A stretch of DNA of 64,000 bases from a virus (IMGVR_UViG_3300045450_000131:33228-97227); one strand, 5' to 3'; positions 44,125 through 54,636 are shown, numbered from the stretch's first letter. A program made the numbers and translations. Notes: generated by a model from the sequence alone, not told the origin.

Positions 44125-45457
44125 ACTTTTCTCCTTCAAGCCACTTATTACTAATTGCCTTGAATTGCTTCGAAGTCGTTGTCGACTTAAAAACTAGACC
44201 TTCACGAACTGCAGCATATAGTGACTTGCCTTCAGCAAACTTTAGCAAGTCATCCATGTTGTGAATACCTAGGCTCGCTAGTGTGCCATAAGTGACAACT
44301 GGCACTTCTTCAATCTTTGGCAAGCCGCTAACTTGGTGCATGATTTCCAGATCAGCCATCAGTTCAGTTCGTTCGAGAGGAGATAGAAATTCCTGTCGAT
44401 CGATGTCGAAGACATTATAGACGAAGAAGCGATTATAAGCAAAGCCTTCAGGATTGCCTTGAATGCCAGGTCCACATAGTTCTCCCTGCAGCGCAATATT
44501 CTTGCCAAGTTTCTCTAGCATTTCAAAGATGCCAGTTTGAGCTTGCTTGACGAAGGAGTTGTCTTCATTGCCTTCAATCTTTAGGTCCAGGTTTCGTGAG
44601 CACACGCCAAGTTGAACAGGTGTGTCGTCATCGGTGTAATGATTAACTGGTGCCTTGTAGCGATACACGGTCATTGAAGAGCCATCAAGCTTAATGGTGA
44701 CTTCATACACCTCATCAACATTAGCTTGTGCAGGACGCAACTTAGCATAACCATTGTTAGTATGGACAAGCTCGCCCTTGTTGAACATGGAAAGCAGAGC
44801 TTCGGTTGGAATGCCTTCGATGTCGAAAGGCACTTCAGTTGGCTCATAGCCGAAGATTTGCTGCGCCATATTTTGGCACCGCTCTTGATCCGACTTGCGT
44901 AGGAATGAGGGGAAGTTACCCTTCGCCATCCCAGCAAGTTGAGCCGAAACTGGCTTGTCCCACTTCATGACTCCCAACTTAACAGTCAAGTTAAGTTGAC
45001 GTGCCTCGTCATAATTTGACTCAGCAAGCTTAATTTCTTCTGCAATTTCAGGGAAGAGCTTAACAGGCAAAGCTAGACCTTGTGAAATTTGCTTGCGCAA
45101 CCGAATAGTGCGCAGCCGCGCGCCCTCAACGCCTTCCCACGTAATCTGATTCTTCATCAAGAAGGCAAAGCGCTCATCGGTTTTTTGTACGAAAGAGTCA
45201 ACTTCAAGGTAAACACACAGGTCATTAACTTGGAATTCACCAGCCTTCACAACCACCTTCCAGCCCTCGATTGTCGCAACCTTAATTAGGTCTGCACCGG
45301 GAATGTCATCGATCGCATCAATACGCCGGATAGTTACTAGCTTGCGGCCATCTTCCTCAACAATTTTCAGGAGGCGCTGAATGTTTGCGTTATTTTGATC
45401 TTTATTCAGTTGATCCATAACTTCGAATGCTTCTTCAATAATAGTAATCTCTTGCAT
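44123..45457 (-). CDS. RNA ligase (Rnl1-like nucleotidyltransferase)
   Basis: motif I VTIKLDGSS (KxDG), 444 aa, begins MQE like T4 Rnl1. Confidence 0.5.
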   Translation of the reverse strand: MQEITIIEEAFEVMDQLNKDQNNANIQRLLKIVEEDGRKLVTIRRIDAIDDIPGADLIKVATIEGWKVVVKAGEFQVNDLCVYLEVDSFVQKTDERFAFLMKNQITWEGVEGARLRTIRLRKQISQGLALPVKLFPEIAEEIKLAESNYDEARQLNLTVKLGVMKWDKPVSAQLAGMAKGNFPSFLRKSDQERCQNMAQQIFGYEPTEVPFDIEGIPTEALLSMFNKGELVHTNNGYAKLRPAQANVDEVYEVTIKLDGSSMTVYRYKAPVNHYTDDDTPVQLGVCSRNLDLKIEGNEDNSFVKQAQTGIFEMLEKLGKNIALQGELCGPGIQGNPEGFAYNRFFVYNVFDIDRQEFLSPLERTELMADLEIMHQVSGLPKIEEVPVVTYGTLASLGIHNMDDLLKFAEGKSLYAAVREGLVFKSTTTSKQFKAISNKWLEGEK

Positions 45458-45515
45458 TTTATATCCTTTTTCAGTATTTTAGTATTATAACTACTGTAGA
45501 TGATTTTGTAAATTC

Positions 45516-46067
45516 TTATTTGCTAACTAATGCTATAATTGGCGCGAAGAGTTTAAACGGTGCAAGTGATTTCTCTACTTCGGCTTTAGATTGAATGTTA
45601 GTTTTAGAGTGTTGCTTTGCTTTTTCATAATTTGCATAATAAGAAGGCACGTCAATCAGATGCAGGTTATTACGCGCGAATTCAAAGTCGTTCTCATCTA
45701 GAGCATTACCTCTTTTAGAGTTACACGCCTCACATGCAACCCGCAAATTCTCAATCACGTTCGCTCCACCAAGGGAGCGCGGGATAATGTGATCCCGGTT
45801 CATCATCACGATGTTGTTATTTTGGTTGCCATACAAATTAAGCATGGCATTACCGATTAGTTCTTGCTTGTGCTTCTCTGCAATCCACCGATCGGCTTTG
45901 CACCCGCAACAAAAGCAAAACAGAGTGCCCTTGTTGTAGTTATTTTTATACAGAGTGTGGCCTGGAGGGGCTGAAACCCGCCGGCCTCTTACAAGGCGCG
46001 AATCCTTTGGTTCATCTAGAATTTTAAACCCATTCACCAATGGAATTTCATGGTGGTAAATCTTCAA
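45516..46067 (-). CDS. HNH endonuclease
   Basis: DHIIPRSLGGANVIENLRVACEACNSKRG HNH/zinc motif. Confidence 0.65.
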   Translation of the reverse strand: MKIYHHEIPLVNGFKILDEPKDSRLVRGRRVSAPPGHTLYKNNYNKGTLFCFCCGCKADRWIAEKHKQELIGNAMLNLYGNQNNNIVMMNRDHIIPRSLGGANVIENLRVACEACNSKRGNALDENDFEFARNNLHLIDVPSYYANYEKAKQHSKTNIQSKAEVEKSLAPFKLFAPIIALVSK

Positions 46068-46297
46068 ACTTGCTTCAAACTTGCTTCATACAGAGTCTGA
46101 TATCTAGCATGCAAATATTGCATGACTTCTTCCATCGTTTGAAAGCGCTTTCTTTTACCACCATTTCGATCTGGATAAAAGAAATATCCAATCCCCTCGT
46201 CGGGCTTCATTGTTTCCACCCTGCCAATAAGTTTATTGTAGAGATCAACAATGAAGCCCGAAGGCGTTTCTTTTAATTGAAGTTTAATTTGGTTCAT
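46064..46297 (-). CDS. hypothetical protein
   Basis: 77-aa ORF. Confidence 0.4.
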   Translation of the reverse strand: MNQIKLQLKETPSGFIVDLYNKLIGRVETMKPDEGIGYFFYPDRNGGKRKRFQTMEEVMQYLHARYQTLYEASLKQV

Positions 46298-46331
46298 GAA
46301 TTATTATAACATGAACCTTATTAAAAGTAAA

Positions 46332-46658
46332 TTAATCGGTGTGGCGCCGACGCGTGTTGCCGTCGTTATAGTTATTATTTGATGGAGACATAGTAAGGTT
46401 GCCATTATGCATGACAACATTGTCCGACTTGCGACGGGGTCTAAATGGTGGCGTGACTTGCGTATTTTGCTCGTTGATGATTACTACAACTTCAACCATC
46501 TTCTCATCTGGCCGGAGTCGAATGTCAAACTTATTCGTAAAGAGCTTCGCATGCAGCACGTCATCGACTAAAATTGGGGTTTTTTGCTCAGGGTCAAAGC
46601 CGGCAAAATACTTTCTGTCCGCGTCTCTAACAATGGCGTAGAGAGAAATCTTGTTCAT
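46332..46658 (-). CDS. hypothetical protein
   Basis: 108-aa ORF. Confidence 0.4.
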   Translation of the reverse strand: MNKISLYAIVRDADRKYFAGFDPEQKTPILVDDVLHAKLFTNKFDIRLRPDEKMVEVVVIINEQNTQVTPPFRPRRKSDNVVMHNGNLTMSPSNNNYNDGNTRRRHTD

Positions 46659-46662
46659 AATA

Positions 46663-47061
46663 TTAATTCCACTTAATTTGATTTAATTCCCTGCTCAATC
46701 TCAAGAAGAGCAGTATACCGATACATCTTGCCTCCATCTCATTTGGCGCGGCAAGAGAATGCATTTTAAGTCCTTTTATGACAAACGTCGAGTGCCAAAC
46801 CTGATTGCCCTCAAGTTCTTGGCACTCGACACCAATAATCATACCAATTGTAATTTCGGCTTGCCTGATGGCATTTAAATCACTCAAGTAATTATGCTTT
46901 TCATTGATATAACTTAAAGCATTATATTTGAAATAGTTATCAAGCTCACCACGTTCCTTAAACTCCTTCCAATCCACTTGCACCTCTTCGTAGCACCTCT
47001 TGATAATGTCCCCGGGTGCAGGAGGTTTGCGGCGGTCAGAAAGGTTTACAACGTTAGTCAT
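46663..47061 (-). CDS. hypothetical protein
   Basis: 132-aa ORF. Confidence 0.4.
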   Translation of the reverse strand: MTNVVNLSDRRKPPAPGDIIKRCYEEVQVDWKEFKERGELDNYFKYNALSYINEKHNYLSDLNAIRQAEITIGMIIGVECQELEGNQVWHSTFVIKGLKMHSLAAPNEMEARCIGILLFLRLSRELNQIKWN

Positions 47062-47864
47062 ACTTCAATGAAGAGTCTATTACTGAATTTATTAAATGGG
47101 TTATCAGTTTGTTCAAACCTATATCCAAGTGGATTGCAGATGAATCGAGTGTTATTTAGCACGCGATCAAAGGTATCGTGCGTGTGGCCGCAAATCCAAA
47201 TGTCAGGCGCAAAGTCTGAGTTAATGATGTCGTCACAATTGTTAGCAAAGCCACCGTTAATTGCATGCCCAAAACGAGGATGACAAAGAGCATAGGATGG
47301 CATGTGGTGGGTAATTACGATCTTTTTAGCTTCTGAAGCCTGCAGTTTCTCTTTAATAATTTGCTTTTGCTCCTTGGCAATCTCCATCATGTCATCGACG
47401 TTAAAGCGTCGATGCCCAAGTTGCACTACCTTGAAGTCATTTAAAGCACAATTAATATCAAACTGCTCAATTACACTTTTGCCGCCGTCACCCCACAAAG
47501 TCCCTAAGATGAATTCACGTCCTTGAATACTAATGCTATTCACATCCATAATAGATACAGTAATATTATCCATCTTGCTGAAGGCGCTAGTTAACTCTTC
47601 AGTGTATGACTTAATTTCATGCCTATACCACTCGTGATTTCCAGCAACAAAGAGGGTGTGAATAAAACGGTCCTTCACGGCCTTAATGAAATCTATCAGG
47701 TAGTCGCCCTTTGAGCAAATATCACCCGCTAAAACTAAAATGCTCTCTTCATCTAAAATATCTTCAGGCACATACCTATCCACTACCTTGGCAATCGGCA
47801 TGCCAAGGTATTGTTCTAGATGAATGTCGCTCAAAATGCGTAAAAATTTTAAGTCAGGTTTCAT
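47058..47864 (-). CDS. calcineurin-like metallophosphoesterase
   Basis: GDxxD..., VAGNHE, ICGHTHD motifs. Confidence 0.6.
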   Translation of the reverse strand: MKPDLKFLRILSDIHLEQYLGMPIAKVVDRYVPEDILDEESILVLAGDICSKGDYLIDFIKAVKDRFIHTLFVAGNHEWYRHEIKSYTEELTSAFSKMDNITVSIMDVNSISIQGREFILGTLWGDGGKSVIEQFDINCALNDFKVVQLGHRRFNVDDMMEIAKEQKQIIKEKLQASEAKKIVITHHMPSYALCHPRFGHAINGGFANNCDDIINSDFAPDIWICGHTHDTFDRVLNNTRFICNPLGYRFEQTDNPFNKFSNRLFIEV

Positions 47865-48063
47865 TTACTTCTTTCACTAGCTCTTCGCCCTCAATAATGA
47901 CAGGATCACCATTTAGAATTCTGTTAACGTGCTGCATAACAATATGGCGCGACATATTAGCATCAACGTTAGGAATGTTTTCAAATTCACGTAGCACTCT
48001 TGCAATCTTATACGCGGCACCAGTTGCCATTTCATTCAAAAAGTCAAGTTGCTGCTGGTTCAT
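47854..48063 (-). CDS. hypothetical protein
   Basis: 69-aa ORF. Confidence 0.35.
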   Translation of the reverse strand: MNQQQLDFLNEMATGAAYKIARVLREFENIPNVDANMSRHIVMQHVNRILNGDPVIIEGEELVKEVNET

Positions 48064-48280
48064 TTTTATCTTTCTCAGAAAATACTTTTAAGCTATACAG
48101 TTCAGTGTGGATAGTGTATGAGCTATAAATGCGGGCGTGATCAGCTTTGCTGATGTGGCGCAATGTACCAAGCTCCTCTAGCTCATAATAGAAGTTCATT
48201 TTACCATGCTTTTTCTTCTTTAATTCAGCGTGAATCTTTTTGAAGTCAGGCATGGACACAATAAGGTGCCCATATAGCAT
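48044..48280 (-). CDS. hypothetical protein
   Basis: 78-aa ORF. Confidence 0.35.
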   Translation of the reverse strand: MLYGHLIVSMPDFKKIHAELKKKKHGKMNFYYELEELGTLRHISKADHARIYSSYTIHTELYSLKVFSEKDKNEPAAT

Positions 48281-48283
48281 ATT

Positions 48284-49699
48284 TTAGATTTCCACTAGCT
48301 TGTCATCACGAGTGCGCTGGTATGTACAGAAGCGAAGCGACCGCTTTTCCTTACCCTTTGCCTTTGAGATTTCCTGATATTGAATGACGTGAGTATTAGC
48401 AAGCCACTTGGATGGATTTTCCAGCATGTCCTTCCGGTGTTCATCACTAAAGCCAGAGCCAACATTAAATTCAACTTCTTCGCCGCTCTCCAAAAATGCA
48501 ATGCAGTTTGCGCCGCCAATAGTATTCTCAAGGCGGCTGCCCTTGCGACCGTTGTAGAAGGAAACGAAGCGAGCGTCAACGTCATAAAAGCGCTTCACCT
48601 TTACCCACGTATATGACCGACCCCATTCGTAGACGGCATTGCCGTTCTTTAGAATTAGACCTTCGCGCTCAGCTTTAGTTTTGCTTTCGTCATCGATGAC
48701 TTGATTGCAATAGTTAGCCATATCTTGGTAATTCAGAACTACACGACCTTCAGTCAGCAAGATGGCTGACTTTTCAAGCTGTGGCTTGACTTGAGTTAGT
48801 AGCTGCTCAAGAGTTTCCCTTGCCATTGCATTGGTGATGTTAGTTTTCTGAGCGACCCAATCTGAGACAGGCATGATGAAGAAGGTTCTAAACATGAGCG
48901 CCTTTTTGGCATCTGCATTCTTGGAACCCTTGGCGTTCATCGTTTGGGTGAAGTCACTTGCCATCACTTCACCATCTAGCACAAAGTCTTGGCCATATGC
49001 TTCGCGGATGATTTGCAGTTCAGCGTCGAAGATGCCATCAAGGTGGTTAGAAGGCTTGCCGCCTCGGGCATAGTATTCTACTTTTTCTGCAGTCACAAAA
49101 GCGAACTGACGGGTTCCATCGTACTTAATGTCTGCCTGGCATGGGAACTCAACGTACTTGTCAAATTCTTCTTCCGTCTCGCACTTTTCAGCCAGCTGCT
49201 GATCGAATACGGGAATAAGTTCCTTAAATGTATCGAGCTTATTATATGCATCGATACCATTTTTATCGATGTCCTTCTTAACAACATCGAAGTCTTTACC
49301 AGTTGCCTTTGCAAGCATGACGTAATTGAAGGTATCTGCGCTAAAGCCTGCCTTAAGGTCCTTGTCAATAACTCGTGCAATGTAAGGTGCGGTAGTATCA
49401 TTGAATTGCATCAGGCCTGCAGTGACTGCTGCTCGAGCAGTATTACCAGTCAGCTCACGTTGCTCTAGCTTACCTAGCAGCTCAAAAAATGCATTATAGT
49501 CATGTTGATGATCCATGCACTTTGCATGGCCGGCGGGTGTATCATACTTCTTCACACCATACGTACGGTATGGATTCAACGCGGCAGAAATAAGCATACA
49601 TGCAGTTTCATCAGCCTGGGCAAGGGCTGCCTGGATTACTTTCTTAGAGCCTGCGCCACTTGCCTGCTCACATGCCTGGATAACTTGTACAAAGTTCAT
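48284..49699 (-). CDS. ATP-dependent DNA ligase
   Basis: motif I ADIKYDGTR (KxDGxR), 471 aa. Confidence 0.65.
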   Translation of the reverse strand: MNFVQVIQACEQASGAGSKKVIQAALAQADETACMLISAALNPYRTYGVKKYDTPAGHAKCMDHQHDYNAFFELLGKLEQRELTGNTARAAVTAGLMQFNDTTAPYIARVIDKDLKAGFSADTFNYVMLAKATGKDFDVVKKDIDKNGIDAYNKLDTFKELIPVFDQQLAEKCETEEEFDKYVEFPCQADIKYDGTRQFAFVTAEKVEYYARGGKPSNHLDGIFDAELQIIREAYGQDFVLDGEVMASDFTQTMNAKGSKNADAKKALMFRTFFIMPVSDWVAQKTNITNAMARETLEQLLTQVKPQLEKSAILLTEGRVVLNYQDMANYCNQVIDDESKTKAEREGLILKNGNAVYEWGRSYTWVKVKRFYDVDARFVSFYNGRKGSRLENTIGGANCIAFLESGEEVEFNVGSGFSDEHRKDMLENPSKWLANTHVIQYQEISKAKGKEKRSLRFCTYQRTRDDKLVEI

Positions 49700-49742
49700 G
49701 TATATTGCCTTAATATTTCAATATAATTATTATAACACAAAT

Positions 49743-50102
49743 TTAGCATGCATGTATGCCACACCGCCGCCAAAATGTGAAACTGCCATCTACGCCGAGG
49801 CCAGCCGTGTAATTGCCCTTAGTGTCATTTTTAATTGCATTCACGCACTCACTTGCAAAGCCATTCTTGCGGTGTTCCCTTTTGCAAAATGCCATGATTG
49901 TTCGGCACTCGGTTACTGCAATCGCGACTGGCAATTCATTGACAAATTTAATTGCAATTACGTCGCCAACACAAACATTAGGATATTCCCTTAGGTGTTT
50001 ATAGACTGAAGACAGATACCAGCCGCTAACATACATCCGATTCTTGAGAGCCATGCTAGCTGCCTCTACTAGCTCCCGTTGTGTTTTATACAGCTTAATC
50101 AT
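49743..50102 (-). CDS. GNAT-like acetyltransferase (tentative)
   Basis: start moved to MIKLYK; composition of AIAVTECRTIMAFCKREHRKNGFASECV is GNAT-like. Confidence 0.3.
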   Translation of the reverse strand: MIKLYKTQRELVEAASMALKNRMYVSGWYLSSVYKHLREYPNVCVGDVIAIKFVNELPVAIAVTECRTIMAFCKREHRKNGFASECVNAIKNDTKGNYTAGLGVDGSFTFWRRCGIHAC

Positions 50103-50103
50103 A

Positions 50104-50469
50104 TTAAGCTGCGATCCGATGTGCAACTGCGGTGGCTTCGAACTTGTAGAACTTGTCATCGTTCTTCAAAATTGCATACTTGCCACGCATGCCTGAGAAG
50201 GTGTAATCCTTATTATTAAGCATGACTTTCTTGCCGAGCATGTCCACAGTCAAGCCGTATTCCCAGCCCTTGAGCTTCAAACCGCGGAGGTATTCAGGAT
50301 TGATGTCGCCGACTTCAGCCTGATCGGTAAATGCGCACGACACCTTGAGGGAATCGGGAGCATAATTAACTTTAGTACTGCCCATGTTCAAGTTGTGCTT
50401 TTTAGCGATTGCTTCCAGTGCTGCACGGATTTCAGATTGGATTTGGATGGCTTTAGCTTGATTGATCAT
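50104..50469 (-). CDS. hypothetical protein
   Basis: 121-aa ORF. Confidence 0.45.
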   Translation of the reverse strand: MINQAKAIQIQSEIRAALEAIAKKHNLNMGSTKVNYAPDSLKVSCAFTDQAEVGDINPEYLRGLKLKGWEYGLTVDMLGKKVMLNNKDYTFSGMRGKYAILKNDDKFYKFEATAVAHRIAA

Positions 50470-50526
50470 GTCAAATTCCGTTAATTTGTTTGGATAGATG
50501 TATTATACTCTGACCTAAAAATAAGT

Positions 50527-50700
50527 ACACTACTTTTTCATGTACCGGGTAGGAATGTTTCCATCTTTCTTGATGATCCACAACGTAATACATGGCACAA
50601 AGTTAATGCAATACCGTTTCTCGGCACTTGAATAGTGCATGCCAATCCAAAAACTGCCGAGTCTCGCTAAAAATCCCCAGCGTTTATTATAGTGCATCAT
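50527..50700 (-). CDS. small hydrophobic protein (57 aa, below ORF-track cutoff)
   Basis: ATGA overlap with the upstream gene; read by hand. Confidence 0.3.
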
Positions 50701-51086
50701 GCTTCTTGCACTCCTGCTAGTTGACGAAAGTTATTAACAAACTTTGCATCTACGTCGAAACTGACGAAGTCATTGCCTTGCATGCCACGTTCAGAGTAAT
50801 GAATTTTACCTAGTACGCCCTTATTTTTGAAGTATGTGCGCACTTCAGCCAAAAATAGCGGGTCAGTATAGATGACATTTTTATAAGTACAAATCCAAGT
50901 CTCAGGGTCAAAGTGAATCTGCATCTCACCAAACTCATCATCGTCATCGTCTTCTATAGGATAAGCAATTACCTTTGCATCCAAACACATGACGCTAGTG
51001 ATACACTTTGACCATAGACCCTTACCATCAGTGTGGAAGGGCTTGTCAATGCTGGTAATAAAAATGTTCAAATCCATTACTTGCAC
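50697..51086 (-). CDS. hypothetical protein
   Basis: 129-aa ORF. Confidence 0.45.
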   Translation of the reverse strand: MQVMDLNIFITSIDKPFHTDGKGLWSKCITSVMCLDAKVIAYPIEDDDDDEFGEMQIHFDPETWICTYKNVIYTDPLFLAEVRTYFKNKGVLGKIHYSERGMQGNDFVSFDVDAKFVNNFRQLAGVQEA

Positions 51087-51252
51087 TCCTTTGCCAGCGC
51101 TGCAAGCTTGGCGATACGTTCGTTGTTACTAATTGCGACTTTTGCTTCTTGAGTAGCAATGGCAATTTTTGCCTGCTCTTTATTATAGTTTTCAACTGTA
51201 ACCATCCCAAAGAAGACGGTTAGAATAATTGCAATGCAGGTGTAGCCGTTCA
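51077..51252 (-). CDS. small TM/coiled-coil protein (~58 aa; coordinates approximate)
   Basis: AAGGAAA RBS; MNGYTCIAIILTVFFGMV...; holin/spanin-like size. Confidence 0.3.
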
Positions 51253-51341
51253 TTTTTGTATTTCCTTAGGAGTGCCCTTACCACAAGTTAATTTTTCTGG
51301 TAAGGGCACTAGAAGTAATTAAACTTTTAGTGCCTTATACT

Positions 51342-51605
51342 TCAAACCGATGCCTCAGCGGACAGGGCCTTTTGAACCTTAGCCAGCAGAGTTTCAAACT
51401 TAAGCTTCTTCAGATCGTACTTGCGGCCTGCCTTGAGCTTAACTGCATGAGCCACCAGCTTGTCCTTGTCGGTAACTTCACCCTTTTGAACTGCTGCTTC
51501 CCAGACCTTGCCAAACGAGAACCGCTTGCGGGCATCACGTTGAATGAGGTATGCTGCGCGGGCCTTGACTTCGGTAGCTGCGACTTGGGTAGATTGGTTA
51601 GCCAT
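51342..51605 (-). CDS. hypothetical basic protein (start at MANQ with AAGGAA RBS)
   Basis: 87 aa. Confidence 0.4.
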   Translation of the reverse strand: MANQSTQVAATEVKARAAYLIQRDARKRFSFGKVWEAAVQKGEVTDKDKLVAHAVKLKAGRKYDLKKLKFETLLAKVQKALSAEASV

Positions 51606-51716
51606 ATTAAATTCCTTAAGTTTGGTTGGTATAGATGAATTATATCCAACCTGCCTATGATGTACATACTTAGGTTGTAAATAGTCGCATAAAGTGTGTA
51701 ACAACCAGAGAATTAT

Positions 51717-52157
51717 ATGGCAAAGAAAAAAATTCCCAATCTAATTATTGAGGAAACCCCAGATACTAACAACCACTTCTTCTTGGCAGTCTTAGAATAC
51801 CGTAAGGAAAAGTATATCGTAGTGGTGGATAACATCACAGAAGATTCAATCGGCGCATACGTCTTAGACTTAGCAAAGCAAGAAGGATTAGATTCAAAGC
51901 AACTATTGAGCTTAATTACAGAGTGGTTCTACCGCGCATCATATCGGTATCCACTCTCATTTGAATTCTCTAGATTGGGTGTAGCACATCTAACTAACAG
52001 AATCTACAAAAACTTTGAACTAGCTCACGTCACTCGCCTCATTGGAAACGACTTCACGTTTGATCTCGATTCAACACCGAAGATCAAACGTAGAAGAGTC
52101 AGCTTTATTCCAGCTGGAGTTGAAGTTAAGTTAAAGAAGAAGCCAGTTGAGGCTTAA
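51717..52157 (+). CDS. hypothetical protein (plus strand)
   Basis: 146-aa ORF convergent with neighbours. Confidence 0.4.
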   Translation: MAKKKIPNLIIEETPDTNNHFFLAVLEYRKEKYIVVVDNITEDSIGAYVLDLAKQEGLDSKQLLSLITEWFYRASYRYPLSFEFSRLGVAHLTNRIYKNFELAHVTRLIGNDFTFDLDSTPKIKRRRVSFIPAGVEVKLKKKPVEA

Positions 52158-53188
52158 TCTTTCTTCATTAAGTCGTAGAAATACATTAGAACCATGAAGA
52201 TGAATTCTTCTGCGCTTTCTTCCAGCTCCGGAGTTCGCTTTTGCATGGTAGAAGTAGGAAGCTTTTCATCTACTTCTTTTTCTAAGTCGATGAGCTGCTG
52301 CCTCACAACTTCTTGATCTACTAACCCCTGCTTCACTGACAACAAATATGCTGCATTTGGTCTCGGGAAGGTCACCTTCCCGGTCTCAAGCAATTCTAGA
52401 GATTGCTGATAGACGCGGACTGCATGTGAGAGAGACTTGTAGTCTGCCTTACTTAGAGCGGCGGCGTTAGAGCGTTCACCGTATGCGTCGATTTGTTTCT
52501 GCAATACACCTAGCAGGTGGAACAACGACGTAGTTTCTGCATACGAACGGCTATTCAGCTCTAGCGTGCGAAGCTTACGGTTGTTGTTCGTAACGCTTCC
52601 TTCATGCAGGTCAGGCAACTTTTGAAGCACCAAATCCAAAACTGTCTTATTATCAGCAAACCCAGCTGGAGTATCAAGGCGACCGTCTTTGTACTTCAGG
52701 CTGTAATTATAGATGACTTCAAACGTATGCTTAGCTGCTTCAAGCCGAGCGCCACGATGAACGTAATCTAGAGTTTGCTTCTTTGCAAAGCCCACCATCG
52801 AGTGCACGTCGTTGTTTGAGTACTCATCGTAGAACTTACGTAGGAAATGATAGAGCGCTGCATCCTCACCGTTATGATCAAACGATTCAGCCAAATAGCC
52901 ACACATGACTTCAACCGCATAAGTTTGACCCTTCACAAAATCTAGCATGAAGGTTTGCAACGGGATGTATTCAGTTTCAACGCCATCATCTGGCATAGGA
53001 TTACCATCTGGTACCTTATTACCTGAGGCATCGACCCGCTTCTTAAAAACTTTATGCTTTCTACCAAGCATTACATCCATAAACGCCGGCAAATAGATTA
53101 CCTTGTTGTCGGTGTCAGACGTGGGTGTTGAAGTGCCATATAGCTTAGAGCCATACGTGATCAAAAATAGTTCTTTCAGTTGTTTCAT
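52154..53188 (-). CDS. Pol-beta-superfamily nucleotidyltransferase
   Basis: extreme N-terminal GS-x10-DxD motif (YGSKLYGTSTPTSDTDN) followed by ~300-aa helical region. Confidence 0.5.
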   Translation of the reverse strand: MKQLKELFLITYGSKLYGTSTPTSDTDNKVIYLPAFMDVMLGRKHKVFKKRVDASGNKVPDGNPMPDDGVETEYIPLQTFMLDFVKGQTYAVEVMCGYLAESFDHNGEDAALYHFLRKFYDEYSNNDVHSMVGFAKKQTLDYVHRGARLEAAKHTFEVIYNYSLKYKDGRLDTPAGFADNKTVLDLVLQKLPDLHEGSVTNNNRKLRTLELNSRSYAETTSLFHLLGVLQKQIDAYGERSNAAALSKADYKSLSHAVRVYQQSLELLETGKVTFPRPNAAYLLSVKQGLVDQEVVRQQLIDLEKEVDEKLPTSTMQKRTPELEESAEEFIFMVLMYFYDLMKKD

Positions 53189-53701
53189 TTATTCTCCAAA
53201 CGGCACTTCAGTGATTTCAAACGAACGGTCTTCGTATCCATGCTCAAGAAGCCCATTAAAATTGTCACAGATTTCTTGACTTGCGCCAAGTTGCACTAGA
53301 ATCTTCTTACCTTCCTCAACTAGCTTTTTATTGTAATCATTCCTAGGCTCATCCAATTTTGCATGATGCTCTTTAAGACCCTCATGATATTCATTTTCGC
53401 TCTTCTCAAAATCAGCTAGGAATGCTGGGTCGGCATTCTTTTTCTTGCCCCATTTCTGTTGCCACTTCGGCACTATAGCATTATATGGCACATACTTAAT
53501 ATCAGGGCAAGGATTTTCCTGCTGCCATTCTTTATGGAGAGTTTTAAATCTGTCACGCAAGAGCAGAAAGCTAAACACTGCATTTTCCATCTTTGCCTTT
53601 TCAAGTTCTGCCCGTTCTTGAGTAGAAAATGCACCAAGCATTTCAGTAAAAGAGCCATCGCAGCCATCTAACACCGCAGCCAAAACAAAGATTTTATTCA
53701 T
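53189..53701 (-). CDS. hypothetical protein
   Basis: 170-aa ORF. Confidence 0.45.
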   Translation of the reverse strand: MNKIFVLAAVLDGCDGSFTEMLGAFSTQERAELEKAKMENAVFSFLLLRDRFKTLHKEWQQENPCPDIKYVPYNAIVPKWQQKWGKKKNADPAFLADFEKSENEYHEGLKEHHAKLDEPRNDYNKKLVEEGKKILVQLGASQEICDNFNGLLEHGYEDRSFEITEVPFGE

Positions 53702-53746
53702 AAATTCGGTCCTATAAAAGAGACAATAAGAAATTATAACACAGTT

Positions 53747-54235
53747 TTAAACCAAATTGATTTCTTCGACAAAATAACTACGCTCACAATCGCCAATGTA
53801 AGGAGGAATAACCCCAGCGTATTCATTTTTAAATTTTTGAATTGCTTCCTGCCGCATTTTGCTATATTCATCGCTCTTCTTCTGATTGCTATCTTTAACA
53901 ATCTGATTGACTTCTCGAGCTTTCCTCTCAGCTTCCTTAAAAGCCACAACAACAAGCGGATCAGCTTTCTTCATACTGCCCTTTCCGCCAAGCCACACAG
54001 GAACCTGCATTGGCTTGGGGTCCATTACCGGCATAGGATTCTGTGCATCCCACAAGCTGATGAATTCACTTTGCTTTCGATTAAACTCATTTAGGGCATT
54101 CAATGCAAAATCAATCTTTTTGCTTTCAGCCTCAGCAAACGCATTTGCTGCGTCCCTGTCAAAGAACGCCTGTACATTTACCATGAGGTAAATGTACTCA
54201 CCGACACTGTAGCTTACGAGAAAAATCTTTTGCAT
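53747..54235 (-). CDS. hypothetical protein
   Basis: 162-aa ORF. Confidence 0.45.
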   Translation of the reverse strand: MQKIFLVSYSVGEYIYLMVNVQAFFDRDAANAFAEAESKKIDFALNALNEFNRKQSEFISLWDAQNPMPVMDPKPMQVPVWLGGKGSMKKADPLVVVAFKEAERKAREVNQIVKDSNQKKSDEYSKMRQEAIQKFKNEYAGVIPPYIGDCERSYFVEEINLV

Positions 54236-54246
54236 AAAATGGTTCC

Positions 54247-54636
54247 TTAGAGTTCAGCGGTTTGGATTTGGTAAGTACAAGAAGAAAATACTTCCTGCTT
54301 CAAGCAGAGAGTTTGAATTTCCATGTCAATATTTCTTGACTTAAAGAAATTATAGAAGGCTTTAGCCTTACGCTCCTTCCACTGATCAAGATAGTACTTA
54401 AACTCACGCTTATCTTTTTCAGTCAAATCAAAGCCACAAGTCGGGCAAGGATTGTCAATATCCCATTCAATTCTGAATTTTTTAAATTCCCAGATTTGCT
54501 CACTAATTTTATTTTGTTTTTCGCGCATTTCAATACAGGCAGTCTCAGCAAGTTTAAGGTCATAATAAAGCTTAATGACCTTCACCTCGACATCTTCAAA
54601 ATGCTTAGCAATCTCAATCAGCGCATGAATTTTCAT
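54247..54636 (-). CDS. hypothetical protein
   Basis: 129-aa ORF. Confidence 0.45.
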   Translation of the reverse strand: MKIHALIEIAKHFEDVEVKVIKLYYDLKLAETACIEMREKQNKISEQIWEFKKFRIEWDIDNPCPTCGFDLTEKDKREFKYYLDQWKERKAKAFYNFFKSRNIDMEIQTLCLKQEVFSSCTYQIQTAEL

